Positions 21,405 to 32,510 of a stretch of DNA of 64,000 nucleotides are shown here, piece after piece. Below the pieces are notes generated by a model. The model saw only the letters and a list, made by a program, of their open reading frames with translations. It made no database searches and was not told where the DNA came from. The stretch comes from an uncultured delta proteobacterium (GTDB lineage Bacteria > Desulfobacterota > Binatia > UBA9968). The position numbers and the translations under genes were made by a program. Position 1 is the stretch's first letter, and each line of letters opens with the position of its first letter. The stretch covers positions 96,001 to 160,000 of the forward strand of contig CAVXEP010000004.1 of the NCBI GenBank assembly GCA_963760795.1, written 5' to 3'.

Positions 21405-21713
21405 GTCGGCGCGTACGCCCTGCTCCTTAGCACCAGCGCCGCCGGTCATGACCATGCCAAATGAATTAACCGAATCGAAATCCCCGCGCGGTCGATGGCG
21501 AATTAGCCACTTCGGAGTTTGGCAACAGGAATTCGATGATAAGAAGAAAAACGGTCCTTCCTTTAGTTTATAGCACGCCGGCACCGATACGATCTTGCGC
21601 TCCTCGTCCCATTCTCGGTCTTTGAAGCGCGAAGTACGCAACCCAGTGTTACCATTCAAGCAATTAAATGATCCTGTAATCTTCGCGAAGCAAATATTGG
21701 CATCGGGCGTCGT

Positions 21714-22433
21714 TCAGTTTTCCCCCGCCACCCCCAGAAACTCGCTATCGAGCGCCACTTCCTGCACCGAGCCATGGACTGCGCGCATGCTGTAAGCCCG
21801 CGCGCCGCGCTTGGACGCGATCACTTTATGAATCTCACTGCCAATGAAATGCACGCCGGTCCAGTCTTCGATGGCGACACCGGCGGCGATTTCACCGGCG
21901 GTCAACAACTTATGCAACGACGGCCGGCGCTGCGCTTCGCCGTCGTAGTGCGGACAACAACTGCCAGGAAGAAAACCCAGACAGTCGAGCGGCCGTAGTC
22001 CGTCGGAAAAAGAATCGGTCAACCCCTGCTCGAACCAGCAGATCGCACCGGCGCTCACGCCGGTGAGCACGATGCCGGATTGCCAGGCCTCGCGGAGTAT
22101 CTCGATGGCGCCCCAATCGCGCCACACGGCGATCAAGCTTTTCGTGTTGCCGCCGCCGACGAAGATGACGTCCTGGTTGAGCAGGAACGAGCGCAAGTCC
22201 GGCGTCCGCTTGAAAAACGTCAGCACCGAAGGTTGGCAGCCAAGCTTTAAGAACGCGGTATAGAAACTGGCGACATAATGATCCGGCTCGCCGCTCGCCG
22301 TCGGGATGAAGCAGACGCGCGGGTTGTCCGATCCGCTTTGCCGAATGACGTATTTCTCCAGTTCAAGATTCTCTGCATCCCGGTAAAATCCGCCGCCGCC
22401 GATGGGAATGATCTGTTTGGGTTTCTCCGCCAC
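21714..22433 (-). CDS. Peptidase E (S51 family)
   Basis: FIPTASG, VGGGNT, GVSAGAICWF, CPHYDGE. Confidence 0.92.
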   Translation of the reverse strand: MAEKPKQIIPIGGGGFYRDAENLELEKYVIRQSGSDNPRVCFIPTASGEPDHYVASFYTAFLKLGCQPSVLTFFKRTPDLRSFLLNQDVIFVGGGNTKSLIAVWRDWGAIEILREAWQSGIVLTGVSAGAICWFEQGLTDSFSDGLRPLDCLGFLPGSCCPHYDGEAQRRPSLHKLLTAGEIAAGVAIEDWTGVHFIGSEIHKVIASKRGARAYSMRAVHGSVQEVALDSEFLGVAGEN

Positions 22434-22449
22434 TCTCTCTCCTCTGCTG

Positions 22450-23758
22450 CTAATACAATTTCACACGCCCACTTCCCTCCGCCCCAATTGTCGACGCCGC
22501 CGATGATCATATCGCGCGCGTCGAGTGTCAAAGCATTGGACGCCGGCGTCGTCGGAGCGCCGGGATAGGTCAAGACACGAATATCGCGGTAGGGACCGAT
22601 GACTTTCTCCGCCGCGGGTAATTCGATCCAGCGATCGCGGCTGCCGGTGCTGACCACGGCGTCCGCTTCAGCGGCGTAGAATAGCAGCGGCGAATCGACA
22701 CCGTCTTTGCCGCCGTACTCGTAAGTGACGAGAACGGTTTTGATGCCGAGCCCCTCGCAGGCGCGAATCGTCAACATCATCTCGACGAAGGCATTGCCCG
22801 AGCCGAGCCAGGTTAGCAGCACCGCGTCGGCGCCCAAACTTTGCGCCAACCGCGCCGCGTTGTGGGCAACGACTTCTTTGGCGTGATGGGTCTCATAGGA
22901 GATGCGCTCTATGATGACGCCGGCAAAATCGACATTGCCCGCCGCTTGCTCGCGGCACAAGCCCAGCGCCAATGGGTGATTCTGCCAATCCCAGGTCGTC
23001 GGGTAATAGCCGATGCCGCGGGTGGTGTTCATGGTCATCGCGCCGTCGAATAATTCATTGGGGTTGAGTGCCGTCGGCAACGACTCGCGGATCGGCAGGC
23101 CATAGTAACTCACGCCGGCATGGGGCTGCTGCGCTTGGGTGATGCAGCCTTGAATCAACACCACCCGTGGCCGCGCGCTGCGCTGCGCCGGCGATGAGAA
23201 AATCTCCGTGCGCGCAGCGGTCAGTCCTTTGGTCGTTTCGGCGAGCTTGCACGCGACTTGATAGGCCGCGTGCTGAATCGCCTGGTGCGCTTCCAGTTCG
23301 CCCAAGCCGGCGCGAATTTCCAGGCTCAACACCAGATGGCGCAGCCCGCTAAAGCGCGATGCCGCCGCGCCGGCGCCCCACATGTCGAGGATGGCGCTGC
23401 GCTGCACGCCGGTGCCGGCGCGAATCGTGCCCTCGTACGCCGCGGCAGCGAGCACGGCCATGCCGGAAAGCCGATGGGTTACACCATCGCCCACCGTCAC
23501 CACCGGACCGATCACGCCGGGAAATACTTGCGCGTCATTATCGAACTTGACTCGCGGCTCGATGACATCGCGGATGCCGGTGACCCGCACCGGTTCGCCC
23601 GGCGACACCACGTCTAGTTGCGCACTGTCAATGCGCGCATCTTGGCGCACCAGCCGAGTCAGATCCTCACGGTCAACTTCCAACAGTTCATCGTGATAAC
23701 CAGATACGCTACCGAGGCGAATCTGCCGCACCGGAAATTCTGCCAAGGTAAGTTGCAT
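22450..23758 (-). CDS. Glycine/sarcosine/betaine reductase component B alpha/beta (GrdE-like) subunit, paralog 2; 1-nt insertion at the 3' end
   Basis: Starts MQLTLAEFPV. RDVIEPRVK, PNELFDGA, QNHP and GKDG..SPLL motifs. Removing one A from TGTGAAATTGTATTAG gives ...CELY*, matching the paralog ends. Confidence 0.85.
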
Positions 23759-23810
23759 GGAGTTTTTCGCTTGGAAACGATAGGTAGCGCGAAGCACAAC
23801 CGATCCGATT

Positions 23811-23845
23811 TTGGAACCTGTGGAACCGTTGGAACAATTGGAACG
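23811..23845. repeat. TGGAAC 9-nt tandem repeat
   Basis: TTGGAACCTGTGGAACCGTTGGAACAATTGGAAC. Confidence 0.75.
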
Positions 23846-23852
23846 TGTTTTT

Positions 23853-24851
23853 TTATTGAAACAGCCCGTCCTTCTCCAACTTGCGCACGATTGAATCGTC
23901 GACGATATTAGCGGCCTTGAGCTGGCGAATTTTTTCATTGCCGAGGCCGAGCAGACGAATCGCGTTGTTGATCCCCTCGGGATTCGGGAACGCGCGCCGC
24001 TCATAGACATTGCGAATCACTTCGTACCCCTCTTCCGCTTCCTCTGGCCGGACGATCTGCAAATTTTTCGTCAGGGTCGCGACCACCGCACCCTTATTGG
24101 ATGGGCGCTGAATGAAAGCGATCGCTTCGACTAAAGCGCGGATCACTTTCTCCGCCGTGGCAGAGTTCGAGTTCAAATAACTTCGGCGCGCTAAAATCGC
24201 CGTGCTCTGAAACGGCACGCCGAGTTTGGTCAGGTCCGCCATCACACGAAAACCCTGCTTCTTGAGCATGGTCGCATAGGCGTAGCCGGCGTAAGTCGCG
24301 TCGATACTGCCCAACATCAAGGACTGCACCATCACGGATTCATCGCCAACGATGCGCAGGTTGATGCCGTCCCGTTTAGGATCGAGTCCCCAGTGTTCGA
24401 GCACCAGCTGGGTGATCATCCAGACGCCGCCACCGATGCTCTGGATACCGATGTTCTTGCCCTTCAAATCGGCCGGCGACGCAATCGCCGGCGACGCCAC
24501 CATGGTGCCGTTGAGTTTGTTGGCCAAGCCGGCGATGAAAGCCAGGTCGAGGCCGTTGGCGATGGCGCCGAGCACGGAGCCATTGGCCGACCCCGAATAG
24601 AACTGCGCCTCGCCCGCCGATAGCGCCGACAACGCCACCGCGGCGTTGCGCATGAAGATCAGATTCACATCCAGATCGTACTTGCGAAAGAAGCCCTGAT
24701 CCCGCGCCACCAGCAAAGCGCCGGCGCCGCGCTCGTTGAGCGACGCGTAGGCGATGACGATTTTGCTCGGCGCCGTGGCCGCGCCGGCGAACTCCATCGT
24801 CGCGAGTAAAGCAATTAATTGCATCGCAATAGCCGTTGCCAGTCTTTTCAT
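23853..24851 (-). CDS. NitT/TauT substrate-binding protein (within Grd-like locus 1)
   Basis: Signal peptide. VARDQGFFRKYDLD and DLKGKNIGIQSIGGG motifs. Confidence 0.9.
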   Translation of the reverse strand: MKRLATAIAMQLIALLATMEFAGAATAPSKIVIAYASLNERGAGALLVARDQGFFRKYDLDVNLIFMRNAAVALSALSAGEAQFYSGSANGSVLGAIANGLDLAFIAGLANKLNGTMVASPAIASPADLKGKNIGIQSIGGGVWMITQLVLEHWGLDPKRDGINLRIVGDESVMVQSLMLGSIDATYAGYAYATMLKKQGFRVMADLTKLGVPFQSTAILARRSYLNSNSATAEKVIRALVEAIAFIQRPSNKGAVVATLTKNLQIVRPEEAEEGYEVIRNVYERRAFPNPEGINNAIRLLGLGNEKIRQLKAANIVDDSIVRKLEKDGLFQ

Positions 24852-24867
24852 CTTCGCTCCGTTTGCA

Positions 24868-26172
24868 TCAATAAGCGGCGCAGTTCCAGCCGCCGCGGCC
24901 CCAATAATCGACGCCGCCGAGAATCATGTCGCGGGCGTCAAGCGTGAACGGGCCCCGCGCCGAAGTTAGCGGCGCGCCCGGATAAGTCAACACTTTGATT
25001 TCCTCGTAGGGACCGACAATTTTTTCCGCCGCCGGCAGTTCGATCCAACGATCGCGGCTGCCGGTGCTGGTCATGGCGCTCGCCGCCGGCGTGTAAAACA
25101 GCAGCGGCGAATCGACGCCGTCTTTGCCGCCGTATTCGTAAGTGACCAAATTGGTCTTGATGCCGCGCCCCTCGCAGGCGCGCAAGGTCAGCATGACATC
25201 GACAAAGGCGTTGCCGGAACCGATCCAGGACAGCAGCGCTGCATCGGCGCCCAGCATGGTCGCCAATTGCGCGGTATTCTGGGCGATCACTTCTTTGCCA
25301 TGAAAGGTATCGAAGGCGATGCGTTCGAGGATGACACCGAGAAAGTTGACGCTGCGGCGATGCGCGCGATAGAGCCCGAGCAGCAACGGATGATTCTGCC
25401 AATCCCAGGTGACCGGGAAGTAGGCCAGGCATCGAGTGGCGTACATGGTGAACGCGCCGTCGAGAAACTCATTGGGATGCACCGTGGTCGCCAGCGAGTC
25501 GCGGACCGGCAGGCCGAAATAGCCGACGCCGGAGTGCGGATTGCCGGCATCGGTCAAACAGCCTTGAATGAGCAGGACACTTGGCAGCGTCGGATCGGCG
25601 CCGCCTAATTCAAAGACCTCGATTTGCGCCGGACTCAATCCAAGCGTCACTTCAGCCAGGCGCTTGGCGGTTTCTAAAGCGGCACGCTGAATGATTGTGT
25701 GCGCGGCGAGTTCCGACAACCCCTTCGCCAGGCGCAGATTCAGAACTAATCCGTTGAGCCCGCTGAATGACGACGCCGCCGCGCCGCCGCCCCACATATC
25801 GAGGATCGCGCTGCGCTGCACGCCGAGCCCGGCGCGCACCATGCCCTCGTACTCGGCCGTGACGAACACAGCCATGCCGGAGAGCCGATGTGTCCGGCCC
25901 TCCCCGACCGGCTGCACCGGCCCAAGCACGCCGGGAAACACTTGCCCCGAGCCGCTCACTTTGACGCGCGGCTCGACGACATCGCGGATGCCGGTGATGC
26001 GAACTTTATCGCCGGGTGAGACGACATCGAGCCAGGCCGCCGCGATGCGGCTCTCCTGCAAGACCGATTGCTCGATGGCCGACTTGTCAACGGTCAGCTG
26101 CCCAGCGGCGTAGTGAAACCGATCGGCGAGCTTGATGCTCGCCACCGGAAACTCCGCCAACTCAAGACGCAT
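24868..26172 (-). CDS. GrdE-like reductase component B alpha/beta subunit, paralog 1
   Basis: MRLELAEFPV, RDVVEPRVK..FPG..GEGRTHRLSG, HPNEFLDGA, QNHP, GNAFVD. Confidence 0.9.
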   Translation of the reverse strand: MRLELAEFPVASIKLADRFHYAAGQLTVDKSAIEQSVLQESRIAAAWLDVVSPGDKVRITGIRDVVEPRVKVSGSGQVFPGVLGPVQPVGEGRTHRLSGMAVFVTAEYEGMVRAGLGVQRSAILDMWGGGAAASSFSGLNGLVLNLRLAKGLSELAAHTIIQRAALETAKRLAEVTLGLSPAQIEVFELGGADPTLPSVLLIQGCLTDAGNPHSGVGYFGLPVRDSLATTVHPNEFLDGAFTMYATRCLAYFPVTWDWQNHPLLLGLYRAHRRSVNFLGVILERIAFDTFHGKEVIAQNTAQLATMLGADAALLSWIGSGNAFVDVMLTLRACEGRGIKTNLVTYEYGGKDGVDSPLLFYTPAASAMTSTGSRDRWIELPAAEKIVGPYEEIKVLTYPGAPLTSARGPFTLDARDMILGGVDYWGRGGWNCAAY

Positions 26173-26230
26173 GGATAATTCCTAGACAAATACCGCAACG
26201 CAGGAATACTCCTACCAAGGTGCTCATAAC

Positions 26231-26319
26231 ATCCCCCTTTGAAAAAGGGGGACCGAGGGGGATTTGAAGTTTACGAGCATGAGAAAATCCCCCCTTCCCC
26301 CCTTTTTCAAAGGGGGGAT
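26231..26319. repeat. CCCCCTTT..AAAGGGGG palindromic repeat between grdB-like and grdE-like genes
   Basis: Two inverted units: ATCCCCCTTTGAAAAAGGGGGACCGAGGGGGATTT and AAATCCCCCCTTCCCCCTTTTTCAAAGGGGGGAT. Confidence 0.8.
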
Positions 26320-26395
26320 AAACTCAACGAACTTATAGGTCATCATCGTAAACGGATGAACGAACACGAGCCGCGAACACGATCACGACTCCCCC

Positions 26396-27736
26396 TCACG
26401 CGCTCGTCGCGATCTTCGGCGTGAACACCGTCGACGATTCGACCTTCGCCTCAAGCGCCTTCAGTGCCGTCGAGACAATCTCGCGGCGCAACTGCGCGTC
26501 CAGCGCGGCGGGCAAGCTTGGATCGCCGCAGGGGTGCGGGATCGATACGCCTTTGACGATACGGCTGGCGCCCACCTGCTCCGCCACCGGATACATCGCA
26601 CTGATCATCGCCACCGGAAGTTTCGCTCGATCGAGTTCTTTGCTAATCACAGCGCCGCTGCGACTACAGGTGCCTCAAGTTGCCACCAGCAAGACCGCTT
26701 CGACGCCGTCCTTTTTTAGATCGGCGGCGATCTCCTGGCCGACCCGGCGCATCACCGCCGGCGAGCCCTGGTTGCCGGGGATCACGTAATAAGCCGGATA
26801 GAGTTTGCCCCGGCCGATCTTGCCGTCGGCTTCCAAAGACCGCAGCGCATCGAGGGGCATGCCGTAGTGCGGGTTTTGATTCATAAAGGCGACGTTGTAA
26901 CCGCCATGCACCGCTTCCCACTGGCCCGGCTCCAACGCTTTCAGCTCGGAGAAATTATATTTACGCCAAAATGTATTGCGATAGGTTTTGAAGCCGTCGG
27001 GATTGCCCCAGGGCACCACGCCGCCGGTGCAAATCACCGCCAAATTGGCCGCGGCGGTATCGGCCAGCGCTGCCGCCGGCTCGACTTTGTCCCAAACCTC
27101 CATGGGGATCTCAGTGGTGAAGGGCTTGCCGTCGATCTTGGCGAGCAACATTTCGATGGCGCGATCCGCGCCGCTCTTGTCGACGCGCACCAGCCGGCGA
27201 ATGCCGCGCGGCAAATATCCCTCGTCCGCCGCCGGCCCGATCTCTTCGCCGTTGGCCAAACGGCAGGCGAAGGTTGCCAGCGCCGCCAGCGCGCGCGCCA
27301 TGCCCGACGCGGTTTCCGCCGTCGGCAGTAAAAACACTTTGTCGTTGTGATTGTCGCGGTAGACGCCGACGCCGGGGTTTTCCGGCTCCATGCCGGTGAC
27401 GCAGCGCATGTCAAGCTTCTCGCTCACCGCCTGGCAAATATCCACGCAGGCGAGCCCATAACGCCCGGCGTTAAACGCCGGACCGGCGATAACCACATCT
27501 GGTTTTTGTTTTTCTAATTCGGCGGTAATGGCCGCCAGCGCGTCGTCTTTGTGTTCATGAAAATAATTGTCGCCAAAGTAAAGCGTCGCGACCACCTGGC
27601 CGCGCTCGGCCAGCTGGGTTTGCAGACCGCGAGCCGCCCCCGCTGCGCCGTCGGCGACGGCGACAGCGATATCGGCCTTGTCCTCGCCGCCGATGCCGGC
27701 GAAAAACTGATTAAGGATATGAACGATGCGGATCAT
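26396..27736 (-). CDS. GrdB-like selenoprotein (reductase component B gamma subunit), Sec354
   Basis: NQFFAGIGGED, AGPAFNAGRYG.AC and HGGY motifs. VLLVAT-TGA(26677-26675)-GTCSRSGA is in frame with ORF 26396..26650. Confidence 0.92.
26644..26666 (-). promoter_or_regulatory. SECIS-like hairpin, GrdB-like gene 1
   Basis: TAGTCGCAGC-GGC-GCTGTGATTA 10-bp stem (two G-U pairs). Loop G is 19 nt after UGA. Confidence 0.75.
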
Positions 27737-27782
27737 GATTTATCCCTCCATCGACGGCTGGTTTAGCGCCACCGCCGTAAAG

Positions 27783-28784
27783 TCATTGCGTCTCCAACTT
27801 GCGTGCGATGCGATCGTCAACCAGATCTTCCACTTTTAGCTTGGTGTACTTGGGATCGACTTTACCCAGCACCCGCAAGGCGTTTTGCATGCCCTCGCGG
27901 GTTGGTGCGATGCGCCGGTCGTAGAGCAGCCGCATGCGTTCGTACAAGTCATCGGTGTTATCGTTGGGCGATAGCCGCAACCATTTACGAATGCTGCGCA
28001 CCACCGCCGCTTGATTGCTTTTGTCCCGGACAAAACTGTTGGCCTTGATGAAGCCGCGCAAAGTCTTCTCTACTACGTCCGGCGAGCTGGCAATAAATCC
28101 CCGCCGCGCCGCCAGCCCGGTTCCCTGGTATGGAATGTTGAGCGCCGTCAAATCCGCCAACAGCCGACCGCCGCTGCGTTGCAAGGCAGAATTATAGGCG
28201 TAGCCCCATACCGAGCCATCGATCAGCCCGGCGTTTAATGATTGCACCAGCACCGACTGGTCGCCGATCACCCGCATCTGAATCTTATCGCGCTCCGGGC
28301 TCAAGCCCCAGTGATCCAACGTCATCATGACAAACATCCATATGCCGCCGCCGATGCTTTGCACGCCGAGCGTCTTGCCTTTCAAATCCTCGGGCTTTTG
28401 GACTTTCGATGAGACGTAAAAGTAACCGTCCAGTTTATTGATCATTCCCGCCACCCAGACCAGATCGAGCCCGCTTGAGATGGCGCCGAGAGCGGAACCG
28501 GTGGCCGACACGGTGTAGAACTCGGCTTCGTTGGCGGCCATCGCAGCCACTGCCACCGGGCCCGTGTTTACCTGAACCAGGTCTGCGTCCAAGCCCTGCT
28601 CTTCGAAGAAACGTTGATCCTTGGCGACAAAGAACAGGCCCATGCGCTCGCTGAAGTCGGCATAGAGGATGCGCACGCGCTTATTGGGCGCCGGCGTCGC
28701 CGCCAGCGAAGTGCCGAGGCAACAAACGAGCCATACCGCCGCCATCGCGCCGGCGGCGAATTTAACCCAGGTCGTGTGCATCAT
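27783..28784 (-). CDS. NitT/TauT substrate-binding protein (upstream of GrdB-like gene 1)
   Basis: AAGGAG then ATG 28784. VAKDQRFFEEQGLD and DLKGKTLGVQSIGGG motifs. Paralog of 23853..24851. Confidence 0.88.
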   Translation of the reverse strand: MMHTTWVKFAAGAMAAVWLVCCLGTSLAATPAPNKRVRILYADFSERMGLFFVAKDQRFFEEQGLDADLVQVNTGPVAVAAMAANEAEFYTVSATGSALGAISSGLDLVWVAGMINKLDGYFYVSSKVQKPEDLKGKTLGVQSIGGGIWMFVMMTLDHWGLSPERDKIQMRVIGDQSVLVQSLNAGLIDGSVWGYAYNSALQRSGGRLLADLTALNIPYQGTGLAARRGFIASSPDVVEKTLRGFIKANSFVRDKSNQAAVVRSIRKWLRLSPNDNTDDLYERMRLLYDRRIAPTREGMQNALRVLGKVDPKYTKLKVEDLVDDRIARKLETQ

Positions 28785-28870
28785 CGCTGGCTCCTTTCCG
28801 GCCGATTCGTCGATCCCCATGACCATGTAGCGCGCTTCCTTGAATAACTCCACCCGGTGTAAAATTGCAA

Positions 28871-29764
28871 TCACTGTTTCAGCGCACCGAGAGCGATTAG
28901 CGTCTGCTTCACGTCTGCAAGCGCCTCAGCCGTCAGCGGCGCTTGCGGCGGCAACGGCGCGCCCACCGCGTAACCCTGAAGTTCGAGGGCGCCTTTGATG
29001 CAGGCGGCGAGATTGTATTTGGCGAAGGCCTGGTTGAGCGCCCACAGCGGCCGCTGCAACTCCATCGCTCGCGTCCAATCGCCGCGCCGGCAAGTCTCGT
29101 AAAGCGCAACACTCTGGCGCGGCGCGACACAGGCCGGCCCCGCCATCCAACCGACACCGCCGATCAACATGACCGTGGCGGGAATATGCGCCGACGCGGC
29201 AAAGACCTTCATCCGCCCCTGCACTTGATTCAGAATCGACAGGAGCCGGCCGGTATTGTTCGATGCGTCTTTGATATAACCGATGTTGGGAATCTGACTG
29301 AGCCGGTCAATCACCGGCAGGGTTAAATCGGAGCGCTGAAAGGTCGGATTGGTGTAAAGCACCACGGGGAGCGAAACTGCATCGGCAATCGCCTTGAAGT
29401 AATCGAACACGCCGCCGTCCGAGAGCGGGAAATAGGCTTCGAGAATGGCGAGAATGCCGCTCGCCCCCATCTGCGCGAACTCCCGCGCCTGCGCCGTCGC
29501 ATCCGCGATCGTCGTCGATGCCACCCCCGCCACCACCGGCACCCGCCCGCGCGCCGCCTCAATGACGACTTCAACCACCCGCCGCCGCTGCGCCCAGTTT
29601 AGATAGGCAAACTCACCGGTCGAACCGAGCGGCGTCAGGCCATGGACGCCGGCTTTAATAAGATCGTCGCACAGGCGCGCCAGAACATCGCTCTTGACGG
29701 CACCCGAGGAATCGATCGGCGAAACAAGATAGGGGAAAACGCCGTGGAAGTCGGGAGTTGCCAT
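28871..29764 (-). CDS. Dihydrodipicolinate synthase family aldolase
   Basis: LGSTGEF, VLYTNP, YIKDAS Schiff-base Lys. Confidence 0.9.
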   Translation of the reverse strand: MATPDFHGVFPYLVSPIDSSGAVKSDVLARLCDDLIKAGVHGLTPLGSTGEFAYLNWAQRRRVVEVVIEAARGRVPVVAGVASTTIADATAQAREFAQMGASGILAILEAYFPLSDGGVFDYFKAIADAVSLPVVLYTNPTFQRSDLTLPVIDRLSQIPNIGYIKDASNNTGRLLSILNQVQGRMKVFAASAHIPATVMLIGGVGWMAGPACVAPRQSVALYETCRRGDWTRAMELQRPLWALNQAFAKYNLAACIKGALELQGYAVGAPLPPQAPLTAEALADVKQTLIALGALKQ

Positions 29765-29807
29765 AATAGTCGTTGAACCAACGACGGTGATTTTTTTACC
29801 GGTTCGG

Positions 29808-30359
29808 CTAACCGGCGAGCCAGCGCAGTATCCGCAACCCGAGAGCGCCGGCCAATAGGGTCAACATGCCGAACGTCGGGTAGGCAGTTAAGCCAAACCC
29901 GGTTGCGCGCCCAGCGGCGCCGCGTTCGTAACCGCTGGCGAAAAGAATGCGGCCCACGACAAATAGTACCGCGGCCACCGGAATCGCCCGTAGCCAACTA
30001 TGCGGCATGACCGCCGCCCAAATCAAATAAGCGGCGACGGCAAGCACAGACTGCTCCAAGGTATTCTGCAAAATCGCCCGAAGCACCAACATGCGCGAGG
30101 TGCCGATAGTGAGCCCGCTGCCGTCGATATCTTCCGGCGTAGAGAATCGATGGTTCGCCACCCGCATGACCGAAATCATCAGAGTGAGGATCGGCAGCAC
30201 AGCCCACCGCAATCCCCATGCGAGTCGCGCCGCCGGTTCGTCCACGGGCAGCGCGCTTACAGGAATCAAGAACGTAACCCCGCACATGGCAAGCACCGCA
30301 CTTGCCACGGCGGGAATGACGCCGCGCACCACGCCTTTTTGCTTTTCGCTTAATTCCAC
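29808..30359 (-). CDS. MAPEG-like membrane protein
   Basis: [20 protein letters not shown]. Four TM segments. Confidence 0.75.
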   Translation of the reverse strand: MELSEKQKGVVRGVIPAVASAVLAMCGVTFLIPVSALPVDEPAARLAWGLRWAVLPILTLMISVMRVANHRFSTPEDIDGSGLTIGTSRMLVLRAILQNTLEQSVLAVAAYLIWAAVMPHSWLRAIPVAAVLFVVGRILFASGYERGAAGRATGFGLTAYPTFGMLTLLAGALGLRILRWLAG

Positions 30360-30412
30360 TTCGGCCGCAACGCCAAATCTTTGAACCGCAAATTAATCTC
30401 GATGGACAATTG

Positions 30413-30859
30413 TCATCGGGGCAGCGGTGACGAAAGCTCATCCAGTTCTTCCATCTCTTCTGCCGCATCGACAATGCTTTTCGTCCCGGTACAAATGCCG
30501 CTTTGAATATGCTTTTGCTCGGCTGCGACGTAAACCAGGTATTCTTTCTGCTCCTCGAACGGGAATCCGCACCCCTCTCCGGTAAGCCGCGTGACGACAA
30601 CGGTAGTCTCGGCCGCCGCGCCTTTCCACTGTTTCAATATTTCGAACTTAACTCGATGAGCGCCGGTGCGAGTGAGACCTATCCAATCCAAAGTTGGAAC
30701 ACTGATCTTGACGACTCTGCCCTTAAACACCACCGTAGACTGCTTCAACGCCTCGGCGGTTGTCGCCGGCGCGCTACAACTGCAGGCCCGGGCCGATCCC
30801 GTATGGCTGAAGTAAAAGACCAACGCACCGATAATGATTAGTAATTTGGCTGGTCTCAT
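30413..30859 (-). CDS. Secreted TIMP-like/NTR-fold protein
   Basis: Signal ending ARA then CSC. VVFKGRV, GCGFPF..EYLVY, C-terminal Cys. Confidence 0.7.
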   Translation of the reverse strand: MRPAKLLIIIGALVFYFSHTGSARACSCSAPATTAEALKQSTVVFKGRVVKISVPTLDWIGLTRTGAHRVKFEILKQWKGAAAETTVVVTRLTGEGCGFPFEEQKEYLVYVAAEQKHIQSGICTGTKSIVDAAEEMEELDELSSPLPR

Positions 30860-31130
30860 AACGCCTCGAAGGTTAACAAAAAGAATGCGCATTTTACACC
30901 TTAAAAACTGTCTTTTTAGAGAGCGCCACGACGACGACGCTCAACCGATCGGCGCAGCCACGCCGCGACTTGGGACGGCGCGGCGGCGAATTAGTGATGA
31001 ACTCCAACCCGGAGCGTCCCGCCATCTGATGACATCGCTTAGTTTTTTCAGTAGAGTCCCACCATGGCAGGCGACCCTGGGCGAGTAGCGTCACGGCGCC
31101 GGCTTGGTTGGATTACGGGAGGCGATTCAT

Positions 31131-32408
<1,278 letters not shown>

Positions 32409-32510
32409 CCAAGATCCCGCTGGGGCAAAAGATTTTTCGTTTCTGACTTTGTGCCCTTTGCGTTCTTTGCGGCCAATCCTTCGACTGCTATTTTCCCAAG
32501 GAGCCTGCCC

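Noticed and set aside
22247-24010. 587-aa ORF suggesting a GrdE fusion overlapping the SBP and peptidase E genes
   Set aside because: The real start is 23758, and a 1-nt insertion hides the stop at 22450-22452. The corrected length (435 aa) matches the paralogs.
26396-26650. 84-aa ORF (and 60586..60789) as separate small genes
   Set aside because: They are the C-termini of the GrdB-like proteins after Sec read-through.
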